A DNA stretch of 61,950 nt from Mageeibacillus sp. UBA1212 (GTDB lineage: Bacteria; Bacillota; Clostridia; UBA1212), in assembly GCA_002309655.1 (NCBI GenBank), contig DBXM01000028.1:1-61950 (forward strand), written 5' to 3'. Every line of letters starts with the position of its first letter. Position 1 is the stretch's first letter. Shown piece after piece: positions 39,098-49,021 of the stretch. The position numbers and the translations under genes are program-made. Under the pieces are notes generated by a model, which worked only from the letters and a program-made list of their open reading frames with translations, did no database searches and had not been told where the DNA came from.

Positions 39098-39658
39098 ATG
39101 GAACAGCTGAAAATGATCATCTTCGAGCGCGGGCTGGAAAGCCGTCCTCTCCCGGAAGGATTCAGGTTCGAGAATTATACCGAAAACAAGGCAAATATCG
39201 ACAGGTGGAACGCGATAATCGCGTCCGATACTCCGGTAAGCGAGCCGGCGGAGGCTTTTTTTGACGCGGTGATCAGGAAGCGGCCGGGACTCGTTCCCGA
39301 ACGCGATCTGTTCTTCATCACGGATTTAAGCGGGCGTGCGCTCGCCACCTCAGCGGCGGTCACGAACCCGGACGGAACAGGCTACGTTCACATGTTCTGG
39401 TCGGTTCCCGAAGCGCGCGGTCATGGACTCGGGAAGCCTCTGCTCACCGAAACATTGGACAGGCTGGCCGCGAGAGGGTCATTTCCCGCCACGCTGACCA
39501 CCGACGACTTCAGGCTACCGGCCATCAAAACCTACCTCAGGTTCGGCTTCGTGCCGGTCATCTCGCCCGAACCGGAAAACGACTACGTGAACCGGTGGCG
39601 CGCCATTTTCGAAAAGCTCGGTGTAGACCCGGAAAGCGTCAAAGCTGTTTACGAATAA
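39098..39658 (+). CDS. GNAT family N-acetyltransferase
   Basis: PEARGHGLG, LTTDDFRLPAIKTYLRFGF; GGAGG before ATG. Confidence 0.85.
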   Translation: MEQLKMIIFERGLESRPLPEGFRFENYTENKANIDRWNAIIASDTPVSEPAEAFFDAVIRKRPGLVPERDLFFITDLSGRALATSAAVTNPDGTGYVHMFWSVPEARGHGLGKPLLTETLDRLAARGSFPATLTTDDFRLPAIKTYLRFGFVPVISPEPENDYVNRWRAIFEKLGVDPESVKAVYE

Positions 39659-39746
39659 AAAGCGGCCGCCCCTTTTATCGACATCGTTTGATTGATGCCT
39701 GCTTTTAAAGGGGGCGGCCTTATTTTGTGGATTTGTCTAAAATTTA

Positions 39747-40373
39747 TTATTCTCCGGCGTCCTTTTTAATGATTTCCGCCGCTTTTCTCAGCGCCTGTCC
39801 GCGGTGGCTCATTCCGTTGCGGGTCTCAGGGTCGAGCTCCGCGAAGGTCTTCCCGAGGGCGTCAATATAGAAGAACGGGTCATATCCGAAGCCGTCGCTG
39901 CCGCGCGGTTCGTCAATCACTCTGCCGTCGACTCTTCCCGCCGCGCTGACCGAAAACCCGTCCGGTTTGATGACGGTTATTACGCAGGTGTAGTGGGCCG
40001 ACCTGTCGCAGTCGCCGAGTTTTTTCAGCTCAGCAATAAGCTTCCGGTTGTTCTCGGAATCAGGCGCGTGGGTGCCCGCGTACCGGGCCGAATGAACCCC
40101 CGGCGCCCCCCCAAGCGCGTCGACGCTTATTCCCGAGTCGTCGGCAATCACGTAATAATTCCCGCCCTCGCCTTTTTCCTCCAGAAATTTCCGGACCGCG
40201 CGGGCCTTTATAAGGCTGTTCCCGTAGAACGTGTCCGCGTCCTCGGGCGGGTAGCCGGCAAAGCCGAGCTCCTTCGCGGTATAGATCAGAACGTCGGTGC
40301 CCAGGGAGCAGAAAATCTCGCCGAACTGTCTCAGTTTATTTTTGTTTTCCGATGCGATGCAGATTCGAATCAT
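39747..40373 (-). CDS. rdgB: RdgB/HAM1 non-canonical purine NTP pyrophosphatase
   Basis: ADDSG..VDALGGAPGV.SARY, GFGYDP.F, SHRG.A. Confidence 0.95.
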   Translation of the reverse strand: MIRICIASENKNKLRQFGEIFCSLGTDVLIYTAKELGFAGYPPEDADTFYGNSLIKARAVRKFLEEKGEGGNYYVIADDSGISVDALGGAPGVHSARYAGTHAPDSENNRKLIAELKKLGDCDRSAHYTCVITVIKPDGFSVSAAGRVDGRVIDEPRGSDGFGYDPFFYIDALGKTFAELDPETRNGMSHRGQALRKAAEIIKKDAGE

Positions 40374-40468
40374 ATTTGCCACCTTTGGTTGCTTTTGCAA
40401 CGCTTTTTAAAATTTAGAGGGGGCCGCTTCCCTGAAATTGACCGGAAGCGGCCCCGCCCTTATTTATA

Positions 40469-41617
40469 TTAATGGTTCCCGAGCACCTTTCCGAGGATGC
40501 AGTTGTACGGTCTGATTCCGAAATAGCGGCCGTCCGTACTGTGGTTCCTGTTGTCGCCCATCACGAACATGTGCTTTTCGGGCACGATCCAGCACCTGCC
40601 CTCCCAGCTGTCGTACTTTGGCACCTCGTTCGGGTTCACGTATGGTTCGTCGAGGGCCTCCCAGACCGTCCCGTCAAGCGGAAGGTTCGCAATCGCCTGC
40701 CAGAGTTCCATGTACCGCTGTCCGCCCTCGCTTGACGGATCCGCCGAGTATTTATCGTAGAGCGTTACAACCTCCGTGTACTCGCTGCCCAGGTCGGATA
40801 TTTTCGCCCGCCAGACCTTGCCGTCGTGAATCCGAATCGCGTCGCCCGCCACGCCGATCACGCGTTTTATATAGAAGTCATGCTCGTCCTCGTTCGTGAC
40901 CGTGGTCTTCTTGAAAAGCTTGACAATCGCGTTCGACTTGATTGCGTCGTTCCAGTCCTTCGCGAACGTTCTCTCGTCCCCGTGGCTGTCGAAAATGACC
41001 ACGTCACCGTGCTGCGGCGACCCGAATATGTACGGAAGTCTGCTCAGGAATACGGTCTGCCCGTCGTGGAACGTCTGCTTCATCGAACTTCCGACAACGT
41101 TGCTGATGCGGAAAATGTAAATGTTGATGAATATGGCGGCAACGAACGCAATCGCGAAGATTAGAATGTATGAAATGATTTCGTGAAGAACGTACAGTTT
41201 GTCGCCTTTTTTTGCGTGAACAAGCTGGCCAAGCCAGGTCTTCGGCTGCTCTTCCTCGTTTTCTTCCGAATCATCCTCTTCCGGTTCTTCGTCTTCTTCC
41301 GGTTCGTCCACGGTTTTACCTTTTCTTTTCCTGCTCGCAATCAGATTCATGATTTCCGAAAAGGTCTCGTCGTTGTCTACGTCGGCGTCGAGTCTCTCCT
41401 CGCCGTCGTCAAGCTCATCCCTGACCGTTCTTTCGGCGGCCGCGAGCCCTTTTTCGAGGTTGGAAATGACTTCGTCGCCAGCTTCTGCCGCCGCTGCCTC
41501 CGCCTCGTTCTTGGCGTCGAAAAAGCTGTCCTCCACCGCGGATTCGATATCCTCCTCGGTGAAGATCACTTCCGCCGGTTCTTCGGGATTGTTCCCGTTC
41601 ATAACATTTTCGTCCAT
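40469..41617 (-). CDS. lepB: Signal peptidase I with long acidic N-terminus
   Basis: GSSM, YIKRVIG, FVMGDNRNHS.DGR.FG. Confidence 0.9.
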   Translation of the reverse strand: MDENVMNGNNPEEPAEVIFTEEDIESAVEDSFFDAKNEAEAAAAEAGDEVISNLEKGLAAAERTVRDELDDGEERLDADVDNDETFSEIMNLIASRKRKGKTVDEPEEDEEPEEDDSEENEEEQPKTWLGQLVHAKKGDKLYVLHEIISYILIFAIAFVAAIFINIYIFRISNVVGSSMKQTFHDGQTVFLSRLPYIFGSPQHGDVVIFDSHGDERTFAKDWNDAIKSNAIVKLFKKTTVTNEDEHDFYIKRVIGVAGDAIRIHDGKVWRAKISDLGSEYTEVVTLYDKYSADPSSEGGQRYMELWQAIANLPLDGTVWEALDEPYVNPNEVPKYDSWEGRCWIVPEKHMFVMGDNRNHSTDGRYFGIRPYNCILGKVLGNH

Positions 41618-41671
41618 TTTTATTCCCTTCCGCGGCCCTCTGTCAGCGACCGCCGCTTCAATTCCATTAAT

Positions 41672-42409
41672 TCAGAACCCGAGCTTTTTCGCCTCGTTCT
41701 TGCCGAAAAGCGCCTCGAAATCCCTGTGCTTCATGTGGCGCCACTTTCCCGGCCTGAGATCGCCGAGTTCGAGCCCGCCGAGCGCCGTCCGCTTCAAATC
41801 GAGCACCGGGAACCCGACCGCCTCGAGCATCCTTCTGACCTGCCGGTTGCGCCCTTCGCGGATCTTGACCCGCACGACCGCGTTGTTGCCCTTGAACCTC
41901 ACGACGTCCGCCTCCGCGGGAAGCGTCTTTCCGTCTTCGAGCTCCACGCCCTCGCGCAGCATTCCGAGAATTTCCTCGTCCGGCTCACCCTTCACGACCG
42001 CCTCGTACGTCTTCCACATCTCGAACTTCGGGTGCGTGATGCGCTGCATGAAATCGCCGTCGTCGGTGAGAAGAATGATTCCCTTCGTGTCGTAGTCGAG
42101 CCGCCCCACCGGGTAGAGCCGCGCGCCGTCCGCTTCCACGAGGTCGACCACACACACTCTGCCTCTGTCGTCGCTGGCGGTGGAGAGCACCTGAGCGGGT
42201 TTGTTGAGAATTATGTATGTCTTGGTGCGCGTAGGCTTTACGGTCTTTCCGTCTACAGTCACGCGGTCCTTTAAAGTCACCTTCGTGGCCGGGTCCGTAA
42301 CGCGTCTGCCGTTCACGAACACCCTTCCGTCCGCGATTATCTCCTCCGCCGCACGCCTGGAAGCGATTCCCGAATGCGCCAGATATTTCTGAAGTCTCCA
42401 TTCTTCCAT
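41672..42409 (-). CDS. rluB: rRNA pseudouridine synthase (RluB/RsuA family)
   Basis: RLQKYLA..G.ASRR S4 domain, PVGRLDYDT, EGRNRQVRRM. Confidence 0.9.
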   Translation of the reverse strand: MEEWRLQKYLAHSGIASRRAAEEIIADGRVFVNGRRVTDPATKVTLKDRVTVDGKTVKPTRTKTYIILNKPAQVLSTASDDRGRVCVVDLVEADGARLYPVGRLDYDTKGIILLTDDGDFMQRITHPKFEMWKTYEAVVKGEPDEEILGMLREGVELEDGKTLPAEADVVRFKGNNAVVRVKIREGRNRQVRRMLEAVGFPVLDLKRTALGGLELGDLRPGKWRHMKHRDFEALFGKNEAKKLGF

Positions 42410-42515
42410 AAACCTCACCGCCCTTTCCGGTTCGAAGTTCTTTCCGTGCTATGGTACCACACACGGCCGCCGATTTCAACTTTTCCCTTAAAAAAGGAAA
42501 AGAGTCAAGCTTGTT

Positions 42516-43820
42516 TCAATGTTTCTCCGCGAGAAATGCCTCCGCAGCGTCTCCCGCCATGTCTCCCAGCACCACGTCGCGGATCTGATTCTTGAGGTCC
42601 ACGTCCGAAGCGCATTTTACGTAAATGTAATTTCCGGTGTGCCCGTAGTAAAGTCCGTTCTTTTTTGTCTCGAACAGCACGCTGTGAACGGTCCCGCGCT
42701 GGCTCTCAAGAAAACGCCTCCCGAGTCCCTCCGCAACGCCGGCAAGCACCGCCGCCCGCTCGCGCTTCACCTCTTCCGGCACCTGGTCCGGCATCCTGTC
42801 GGCAACGGTCCCCTTCCTTCTGGAATACGGGAACACGTGAATCCGGTAAAAGCCCGCCTTTTTCGCGAACTCAACGCTCTCCTGAAAGTTCCGGTCCGTC
42901 TCGCCCGGGAATCCGACGATAATATCTGTGGTGATCGACGCGTTCTCGAAGCAGGAACGGATTTTTTCGATCATCTCAAGGTAGCCCTGCGTGTCGTAGC
43001 GGCGGTTCATCTTCTTGAGGATCTCGTCGGAGCCCGACTGGAGCGAGGCGTGAAAATGGCGGCAAAGGCCTTCAACGGAGGCCAGCCTTTCGATCACCGA
43101 AGCGTCCACCGCGTCGATTTCCAAAGAACTCAGCCTGATCCGCTCCGCGCCCGCGCTTCTGACTGCCGCCGCCGCGTCCGCAAGGTCGAAGCCGATATCC
43201 GTACCGTACATTCCTATGTTTATGCCGGTGAGAACGATCTCGCGGTGGCCGGAATTCACGAGTTCCGCTGCCGCCCGCTTTATGTCCTCGGGGTGCATCG
43301 ACCGCACACGGCCGCGCGCGTAGGGAATGATGCAATAAGTGCAGAAGCAGTCGCAGCCGTCCTCGATCTTCAAATTCGCGCGCGTGAGGTTTTTGTAGGA
43401 GCGCGGCGCCAGAAGCTCGAACTTCTCGCCTTTAAAGTGCTCTCCGACCGAAATCACCGTCTTATTCCCGGAATATCTCTCTTCGAACGCACTGTCCAGA
43501 AGCGCCGGAATAGCCGCTCTCCGGGTGTTCCCGCAAACTATGTCGGCGCCGAGCGCCTCGCCTTTTTCCGGGTTCGTCTGGGTCATGCAGCCGCAGAGCA
43601 TTAAAATGGCTTCCGGATTTTCGCGTTTTATGCGCCGCATGAGTTTCGCGGCCTTCTTCTCGCTCTCCTCTGTTACCGCGCAGGAATTCACGATGACCGC
43701 GTCCGCGTCCTTCCACGAAAACACCTGCTCATACCTTCCGGTGGCCTCAAGAAGCTCGGCAACGGCTTCGGACTCGTAAGTATTCACTTTGCATCCGAAC
43801 GTGTAAATGTAAAATTTCAC
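42516..43820 (-). CDS. mtaB: tRNA t6A37 methylthiotransferase
   Basis: TFGCKVN.YES, NSCAVT, GCDCFCTYCIIP.ARG, TRAM domain. Confidence 0.93.
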   Translation of the reverse strand: MKFYIYTFGCKVNTYESEAVAELLEATGRYEQVFSWKDADAVIVNSCAVTEESEKKAAKLMRRIKRENPEAILMLCGCMTQTNPEKGEALGADIVCGNTRRAAIPALLDSAFEERYSGNKTVISVGEHFKGEKFELLAPRSYKNLTRANLKIEDGCDCFCTYCIIPYARGRVRSMHPEDIKRAAAELVNSGHREIVLTGINIGMYGTDIGFDLADAAAAVRSAGAERIRLSSLEIDAVDASVIERLASVEGLCRHFHASLQSGSDEILKKMNRRYDTQGYLEMIEKIRSCFENASITTDIIVGFPGETDRNFQESVEFAKKAGFYRIHVFPYSRRKGTVADRMPDQVPEEVKRERAAVLAGVAEGLGRRFLESQRGTVHSVLFETKKNGLYYGHTGNYIYVKCASDVDLKNQIRDVVLGDMAGDAAEAFLAEKH

Positions 43821-43883
43821 AGCGTCGCCTCACCTCCTGAATTTATCCTGTTAGTTACGTCTTTGCCGAAAATCAGCGCGTGC

Positions 43884-44051
43884 CGTAAACGCTAAGTTTC
43901 GAGCTATTTTTTTGTGTACGGATCCGAAGGTGTATGAATATACTCCGAGAGGTCCGTACGCAAAAAGCAATTCGCCAGGCAATCGCCGCAGGCACCTTAT
44001 TTATCTAAACCTATGGCGGATTGCGTAAAGAGCCGAAAATCAGCGTTTACG
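43884..44051. repeat. Structured palindromic repeat, copy 4 (divergent)
   Basis: 18-bp arms (16/18); conserved AGCTATTTTT, CGAAG-GTATGAA-ATAC-CGAG, CACCTTAT, TTGCGTAAAGAGC. Confidence 0.75.
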
Positions 44052-44055
44052 TAAT

Positions 44056-47000
44056 TCAATATCCTCCGAGGAGTTCGATAAGTTCTTCCCTCGTGACCGT
44101 TCCGTCCGCGAAGCTCTCGCCCGAGAGCAGATCCGACGCCAGCACCTTCTTTTTGTCCTGGAGCTTCATAATGCTCTCTTCGATGGTGTCGCTGGCGATC
44201 AGCTTGTAGACCGTCACGATGTTCTTCTGGCCGATGCGGTGCGCGCGGTCGGTGGCCTGGTTCTGGACCGCCACGTTCCACCACGGGTCGAAGTGGATGA
44301 CGATGTCGGCGCTCGTAAGGTTGAGACCCGTTCCGCCGGCTTTCAGCGAGATGCAGAACACCGGCACGTCGTCGTTGTTGAACTCCTCGACCATTTTCGT
44401 GCGTTTTTCCTTCGGCGTCTGGCCCACCAGGCTGAAATACTTGATCTTTTCGCCGTCGAGGTGCTTCTCGATGATCGACAGCATGCTCGTGAACTGCGAG
44501 AAAATCAATATTTTGTGGCCGCCGTCGATCGCGCGCTTGACGATTTCGATGCAGAGGTCGATCTTCGCGGAGCCGCCCTTGTAGTTCTCGTAAATGAGCG
44601 ACGGATCGCAGCAGATCTGGCGCAGCCGCATAAGCTCCGCGAGAATCTGGACGGCGCCGCTCTTCATCTCGTCACCGTTCTTCCCGAGCAGGTTCTGCTT
44701 TATATTAATGAGGGTCGCGCGGTAGAGCTTGCTCTGTTCATCGGTGAGCCTCGCCGTAACGGTCTCCTCGAGCTTGTCGGGAAGGTCGCGCAGAACGTCG
44801 GATTTGAGCCGCCTGAGCACGAACGGGTGAATGATCTTCCTCAACGCAATCAGCGCGTCCTTGTCCTTGAAGCTTACGATCGGCGTCTCGTATTCCTCTT
44901 TGAACTGCCTGTAGTCGTGCAGGAAGCCTGGCATCAGGTAGTCGAAAATGCTCCACAGCTCGCAGAGCTTGTTCTCGATCGGCGTGCCGGTGAGCGCGAG
45001 CCTGAAGCCGGAGTTGATCTGCTTGACCGCTTTTGACGAGAGCGTCGAACTGTTCTTGATGTACTGGGCCTCGTCGATGATCTGGTAGCCGAATTTCATT
45101 CCCGAATACGCGTCGATGTCGCGCCTCAGCAGGTCGTAAGAGGTTATCACCACGTCTTCCTGCCGGACCTTCGACAGAATCTCGAGGCGGTCCTCCTGCT
45201 TTCCGGAGACGATAACCAGCGGCAGATTCGGCGCGAACCGCTCAAGTTCACTCTTCCAGTTGTACACGAGAGACGCCGGGCAGACTATCAGCGCGCCGCT
45301 CCTCTCGCCCTCTTCATATTCGGAACTCAGGAACGCGATCGCCTGAACCGTCTTCCCGAGGCCCATTTCGTCCGCCAGAATTCCGCCGAAACCGTTGTTT
45401 TTGAGCGTTTTCAGCCATCTGAAGCCGTGTTTCTGGTAGTTTCTGAGCGTGTCGTGCAGGAACGAAGGCACCTCGAAGTCGTTGTCCTCGAAGGTCTTCA
45501 TGTTTCTGATGAGCGCCCTGAAATTCTTGCTGCGGCTGATCAGAACGTTTTCGTTGTCGGACAGCTCGTTGTCGAGGAAGAGCGCCCTGAACTTGGGCAC
45601 GACCACCGTTCCCGAAGAGAGGGAAAGGCCGCTCATTTCGAGCATTTTCCCGACGTCGGCCAGATTTCCGAAGCCCTCGCCTTCCACGCTGATGAACGTC
45701 CCGTCGGTGAGGCGGAAGAACTTCTTTTTGCGGTCGTACTTTTTGAGAATTTCCGCCAGCTGCTCGGGCGTGAAGTCGTCGCTGTGAATCGAGAACGTCA
45801 GCAAATCGCCCTGCAGCGACACGCCGGCGGTGATTCGCGAAGCCTTTTTGACCTTGACCGACTTCAGCTTGTCTGAAACGAACACCTCGCCCAGATTCTC
45901 GAGCTCGTAGATCTGCTCGGTTATAAACTCGTAAAACGCCTGGTCGTCCTTGACCATGACCGCGGCGCCGTTCACCGGGTCGTATTTGTTGAAGTACTTT
46001 TTGAGGTACTCTCCCGCCGCCATTTCTGCCGCCTCGTTCCTGACCGAGTCGCTGTAGTCACGGTCGGAAAGGATGTTGAAGCGCTTTTCGCTGTCGCCCT
46101 CGCCGTAGCAGGCGTAGAGCTCGCAGGAGATCACGTCAGGCCGCGGCATGTCGATGTACGCTTTGATCGCGGCCGGCTGCGGGGTGTAGTGCGCCTCGTT
46201 GAGGTCGATGACAGTCACGTCGCAGCACTTCTTGAGCGTCTGAAGCATCTCGGGCACGAACAGCCTGAGGTCCTGCTCGGCGATGAAGATATCCCTGCAG
46301 GCGGAGCGCGAGACGTACGCGAAGAACGGCTCCATTCCAGGAAGCGCACTCTTGTCGGCGACGTAGATCGTTCTGTCCTTCACGAAAACGAAGCAGTCCG
46401 CGCCGATGAAAACGGGCATGAACGACCCGGTGAGCAGCGCCCCGTTGCCGTCGAGACCCGTCAGCGTGAACCTCAGTTCCGGCGTTCCCGCGACGACGTC
46501 ATACTTTTCAAACACCGGCCTCACGGAGGTCTTCAGGGTGTTTTCGGAGGTTTTCGCCTCGCCTTCCTGAACGTCGTTTTTCTCCCTGTTTTCGGCAAAA
46601 TTACCGTTTGCCGAAGCGCCTTCGTTATCAGCCTGTCCGTCGTCTTCCGGCTCCGCCTCGAGCGCCTCCTCCGGCTCCGAGAACTCCATCTGCGACGCAA
46701 GACCCGCCTTCGACGTGGCGTTGTGAACGTCGATCGTCGTTCCTTCGACCGCCTTGAAGAACCTGTCGATAAGTTCCCTCTTAAGAGTCACGTACCGTCC
46801 GTCGTCCTCGTTCTTGGCGGAGTAGGATTTCACGTAGGTCAGTCTGTTCTGCTCGTACCTGTCGAGGAAGTCGATCAGCCGCCTGGAGTTTTCGTCAAAA
46901 AGCTGCAGCGAGTGAACCAGGCTTCTGTTCTTGCCGTAGCTAACCGCCCGGTTCTGCTTGACGGCGTTCACGTACGCTACCACGTCCTTGACTATATACA

Positions 47001-47550
47001 GTCGCGAATCCCCCGCCTTGAACTCGACGGTCATCGAGATGTCGCTCATGGAAAGGTACGGAACCAGCGTCAGGCTGCCCTCGCGGCTCTTCTGCCTGAT
47101 CTCGACCCGCCTTCTGTTGTCCTCACTCTCGAGAATGTCCAGAAACGCCTTGTCAGTCTCCACGGGAACGTCCCTGACGGCCTGTCTGTAAGAGCCGTCG
47201 TCCTTTTCGTCCAGGACCCCCGAGTCCCTCATTTCCAAATATTTAAGAATAAGCGCAATGCAGTGCTTGCAGATTCTGTTCTTTTCGGTGCTTCCCGGGC
47301 AGCTGCAGGTGTCCAGAATGATCCTTCCGGAACCGGGAACGCTCTCGCCTTCGTCTATAACGGCGCGCGCAGAGTAGTCGTCGAAGGTTCCCCGCACAGT
47401 GGCGGAAATTTCGACAACGTTTGCGGCGTCTGAGTCTTCAATTTTCTTGCAGGTAAAGTTATCAATACGGTTGTTGTTGAAATAGTCAAGACCGTGCTGA
47501 AAATCCACACGCGAAGCGCACGCGGACTGCAATTGAAGCTTTGTAAACAT
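44056..47550 (-). CDS. SWIM-domain SNF2 family helicase
   Basis: CSC...CKH, LADEMGLGKT, DEAQ, ALTGTP, QATDRAHRIGQ. Confidence 0.95.
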   Translation of the reverse strand: MFTKLQLQSACASRVDFQHGLDYFNNNRIDNFTCKKIEDSDAANVVEISATVRGTFDDYSARAVIDEGESVPGSGRIILDTCSCPGSTEKNRICKHCIALILKYLEMRDSGVLDEKDDGSYRQAVRDVPVETDKAFLDILESEDNRRRVEIRQKSREGSLTLVPYLSMSDISMTVEFKAGDSRLYIVKDVVAYVNAVKQNRAVSYGKNRSLVHSLQLFDENSRRLIDFLDRYEQNRLTYVKSYSAKNEDDGRYVTLKRELIDRFFKAVEGTTIDVHNATSKAGLASQMEFSEPEEALEAEPEDDGQADNEGASANGNFAENREKNDVQEGEAKTSENTLKTSVRPVFEKYDVVAGTPELRFTLTGLDGNGALLTGSFMPVFIGADCFVFVKDRTIYVADKSALPGMEPFFAYVSRSACRDIFIAEQDLRLFVPEMLQTLKKCCDVTVIDLNEAHYTPQPAAIKAYIDMPRPDVISCELYACYGEGDSEKRFNILSDRDYSDSVRNEAAEMAAGEYLKKYFNKYDPVNGAAVMVKDDQAFYEFITEQIYELENLGEVFVSDKLKSVKVKKASRITAGVSLQGDLLTFSIHSDDFTPEQLAEILKKYDRKKKFFRLTDGTFISVEGEGFGNLADVGKMLEMSGLSLSSGTVVVPKFRALFLDNELSDNENVLISRSKNFRALIRNMKTFEDNDFEVPSFLHDTLRNYQKHGFRWLKTLKNNGFGGILADEMGLGKTVQAIAFLSSEYEEGERSGALIVCPASLVYNWKSELERFAPNLPLVIVSGKQEDRLEILSKVRQEDVVITSYDLLRRDIDAYSGMKFGYQIIDEAQYIKNSSTLSSKAVKQINSGFRLALTGTPIENKLCELWSIFDYLMPGFLHDYRQFKEEYETPIVSFKDKDALIALRKIIHPFVLRRLKSDVLRDLPDKLEETVTARLTDEQSKLYRATLINIKQNLLGKNGDEMKSGAVQILAELMRLRQICCDPSLIYENYKGGSAKIDLCIEIVKRAIDGGHKILIFSQFTSMLSIIEKHLDGEKIKYFSLVGQTPKEKRTKMVEEFNNDDVPVFCISLKAGGTGLNLTSADIVIHFDPWWNVAVQNQATDRAHRIGQKNIVTVYKLIASDTIEESIMKLQDKKKVLASDLLSGESFADGTVTREELIELLGGY

Positions 47551-47698
47551 TTTCCGGCGTACTCCTCCCTGTTTTTTGTATCACATAACATTATAGCACA
47601 GATCAATAAACTTTTGAACAGTCTTGATGCGTTTTTTCAAGCTTTTTTAAAGAATCGTTTCCGGGCGGGAACGACCCATGCGCCGCACCATGTATAAA

Positions 47699-47868
47699 AT
47701 CGAGTAGGGGCTAACGAGTAGCCCCTCTCACACCACTGTACGTGCCGTTCGGCATACGGCGATTCAACTCAAGTAATAATCCAAACAGCTTAGAAGTCCT
47801 CGTTTTGCGAGGATTTCTTTGTTGATGAGGTGCAATCCTGTTGCTGCCGCCGCGAAAAACCTTTTCAT
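47699..47868 (-). mobile_element. Group II intron (class C-like) 3' remnant: maturase C-terminal fragment plus domains V-VI
   Basis: GAATCGCCGTATGCCGAACGGCACGTACAGTGGTGTGAGAGG (DV); DVI ending CCTACTCGAT; preceded by ...LINKEILAKRGLLSCLDYYLS*. Confidence 0.85.
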
Positions 47869-47905
47869 AGCAAGAGGCACCTCCCTCCAATCATTTCCGA
47901 CCCTT

Positions 47906-48835
47906 TTATTCCCCTATAAATCGGAGAATTTCGTCAAAAACCGCCGGGTCCTGAGCCGTCATTTTCGCGATATCCTTGTCCGTAAAATACGCTTTCCGCT
48001 CCTCGAGCGTCACGTCTTTGTTTTCGCGCATAAGCCTGTAGTAGCCGCTCACCCACCCGTTCATCAGGGAAAGCGCCTCCGTCGTGTACTGTGGGTTGTG
48101 TTTTTTGTTTTGGACGGTGACGACGCGGACGTTCGGGTTGCCGAATCTAAGGGCCCTGCCGGCGTTGTGCTTGTAGTTGACCATCGGGTCGTCGGTAGAG
48201 TGGATCCAGAGTATCCTGTCGGAAGTCGTTTTGAGGTACGCGCGGTTGTCGAGCGACGCGTAGCGCGGGTCGAGTGTTTTTTCGAAGCGTTTGATTCGGT
48301 CGGCAAGGATCCGGAGCTTCACGAAGCCCATCATCTCGTCGGAAATCGTGACAAAGCCGGAAATGATCACCGCGCGCGTCACCGACGGCAAGACGTTCGC
48401 GACGTTAAGCGCCGTGTAGCCCCCGAGCGAGTGGCCGACAGGAATGATCTCCTCCGCCGGTTTCAAAAGGTCAAGCAGCTCCAAAGCGTCCGCGGTCGGC
48501 GCGTTCACCGAGGTCATCTTTTCGCCTCCCGAAGCGCCGCAGCCTGTGTAGTCAAGCGTCACCACGCGGTATCCCGCCCTGCAGAGCGTCTCGATCTCCG
48601 CAAGATACGCGGTGTGCCCCGGCCCCATTCCCGGGCAGAACAAAACGAGTTTCCCCGGCTTATACCCCTCGTAAAAATACGTGAAGTACTCGATCCTGAC
48701 GCCGGCCGAATTCGAAAACGACCTCTGCTCACACAAAAGTCCCGGAAAATCGGCCGCGGAGTAATACGGGACGGCCTCGTCCTTGTCGTACCGCTGCAAA
48801 AAATTCTTTTGATACATGTTTGTGATAAGGCCCAT
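47906..48835 (-). CDS. Alpha/beta hydrolase
   Basis: DYTGCGASGG, GHSLGG nucleophile elbow, HSTDD..V, HNP. Confidence 0.9.
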   Translation of the reverse strand: MGLITNMYQKNFLQRYDKDEAVPYYSAADFPGLLCEQRSFSNSAGVRIEYFTYFYEGYKPGKLVLFCPGMGPGHTAYLAEIETLCRAGYRVVTLDYTGCGASGGEKMTSVNAPTADALELLDLLKPAEEIIPVGHSLGGYTALNVANVLPSVTRAVIISGFVTISDEMMGFVKLRILADRIKRFEKTLDPRYASLDNRAYLKTTSDRILWIHSTDDPMVNYKHNAGRALRFGNPNVRVVTVQNKKHNPQYTTEALSLMNGWVSGYYRLMRENKDVTLEERKAYFTDKDIAKMTAQDPAVFDEILRFIGE

Positions 48836-49021
48836 TTTTTCCTCCCGAAGAGCGTTTTTAGGGCGTGTTTTACGTGTTTCGTTGGAATCCGGCACGTTTC
48901 CGGCTAGTTTTACAAAAATCTCACGCCCCCGCGCCGTACGTTTTCGCCGCCTCTTACTCTTAACTATACCCGCGTTTCGTCAAAAAATCAACCGCTCTCC
49001 CCCAAAAAACGACGTCTCTTT

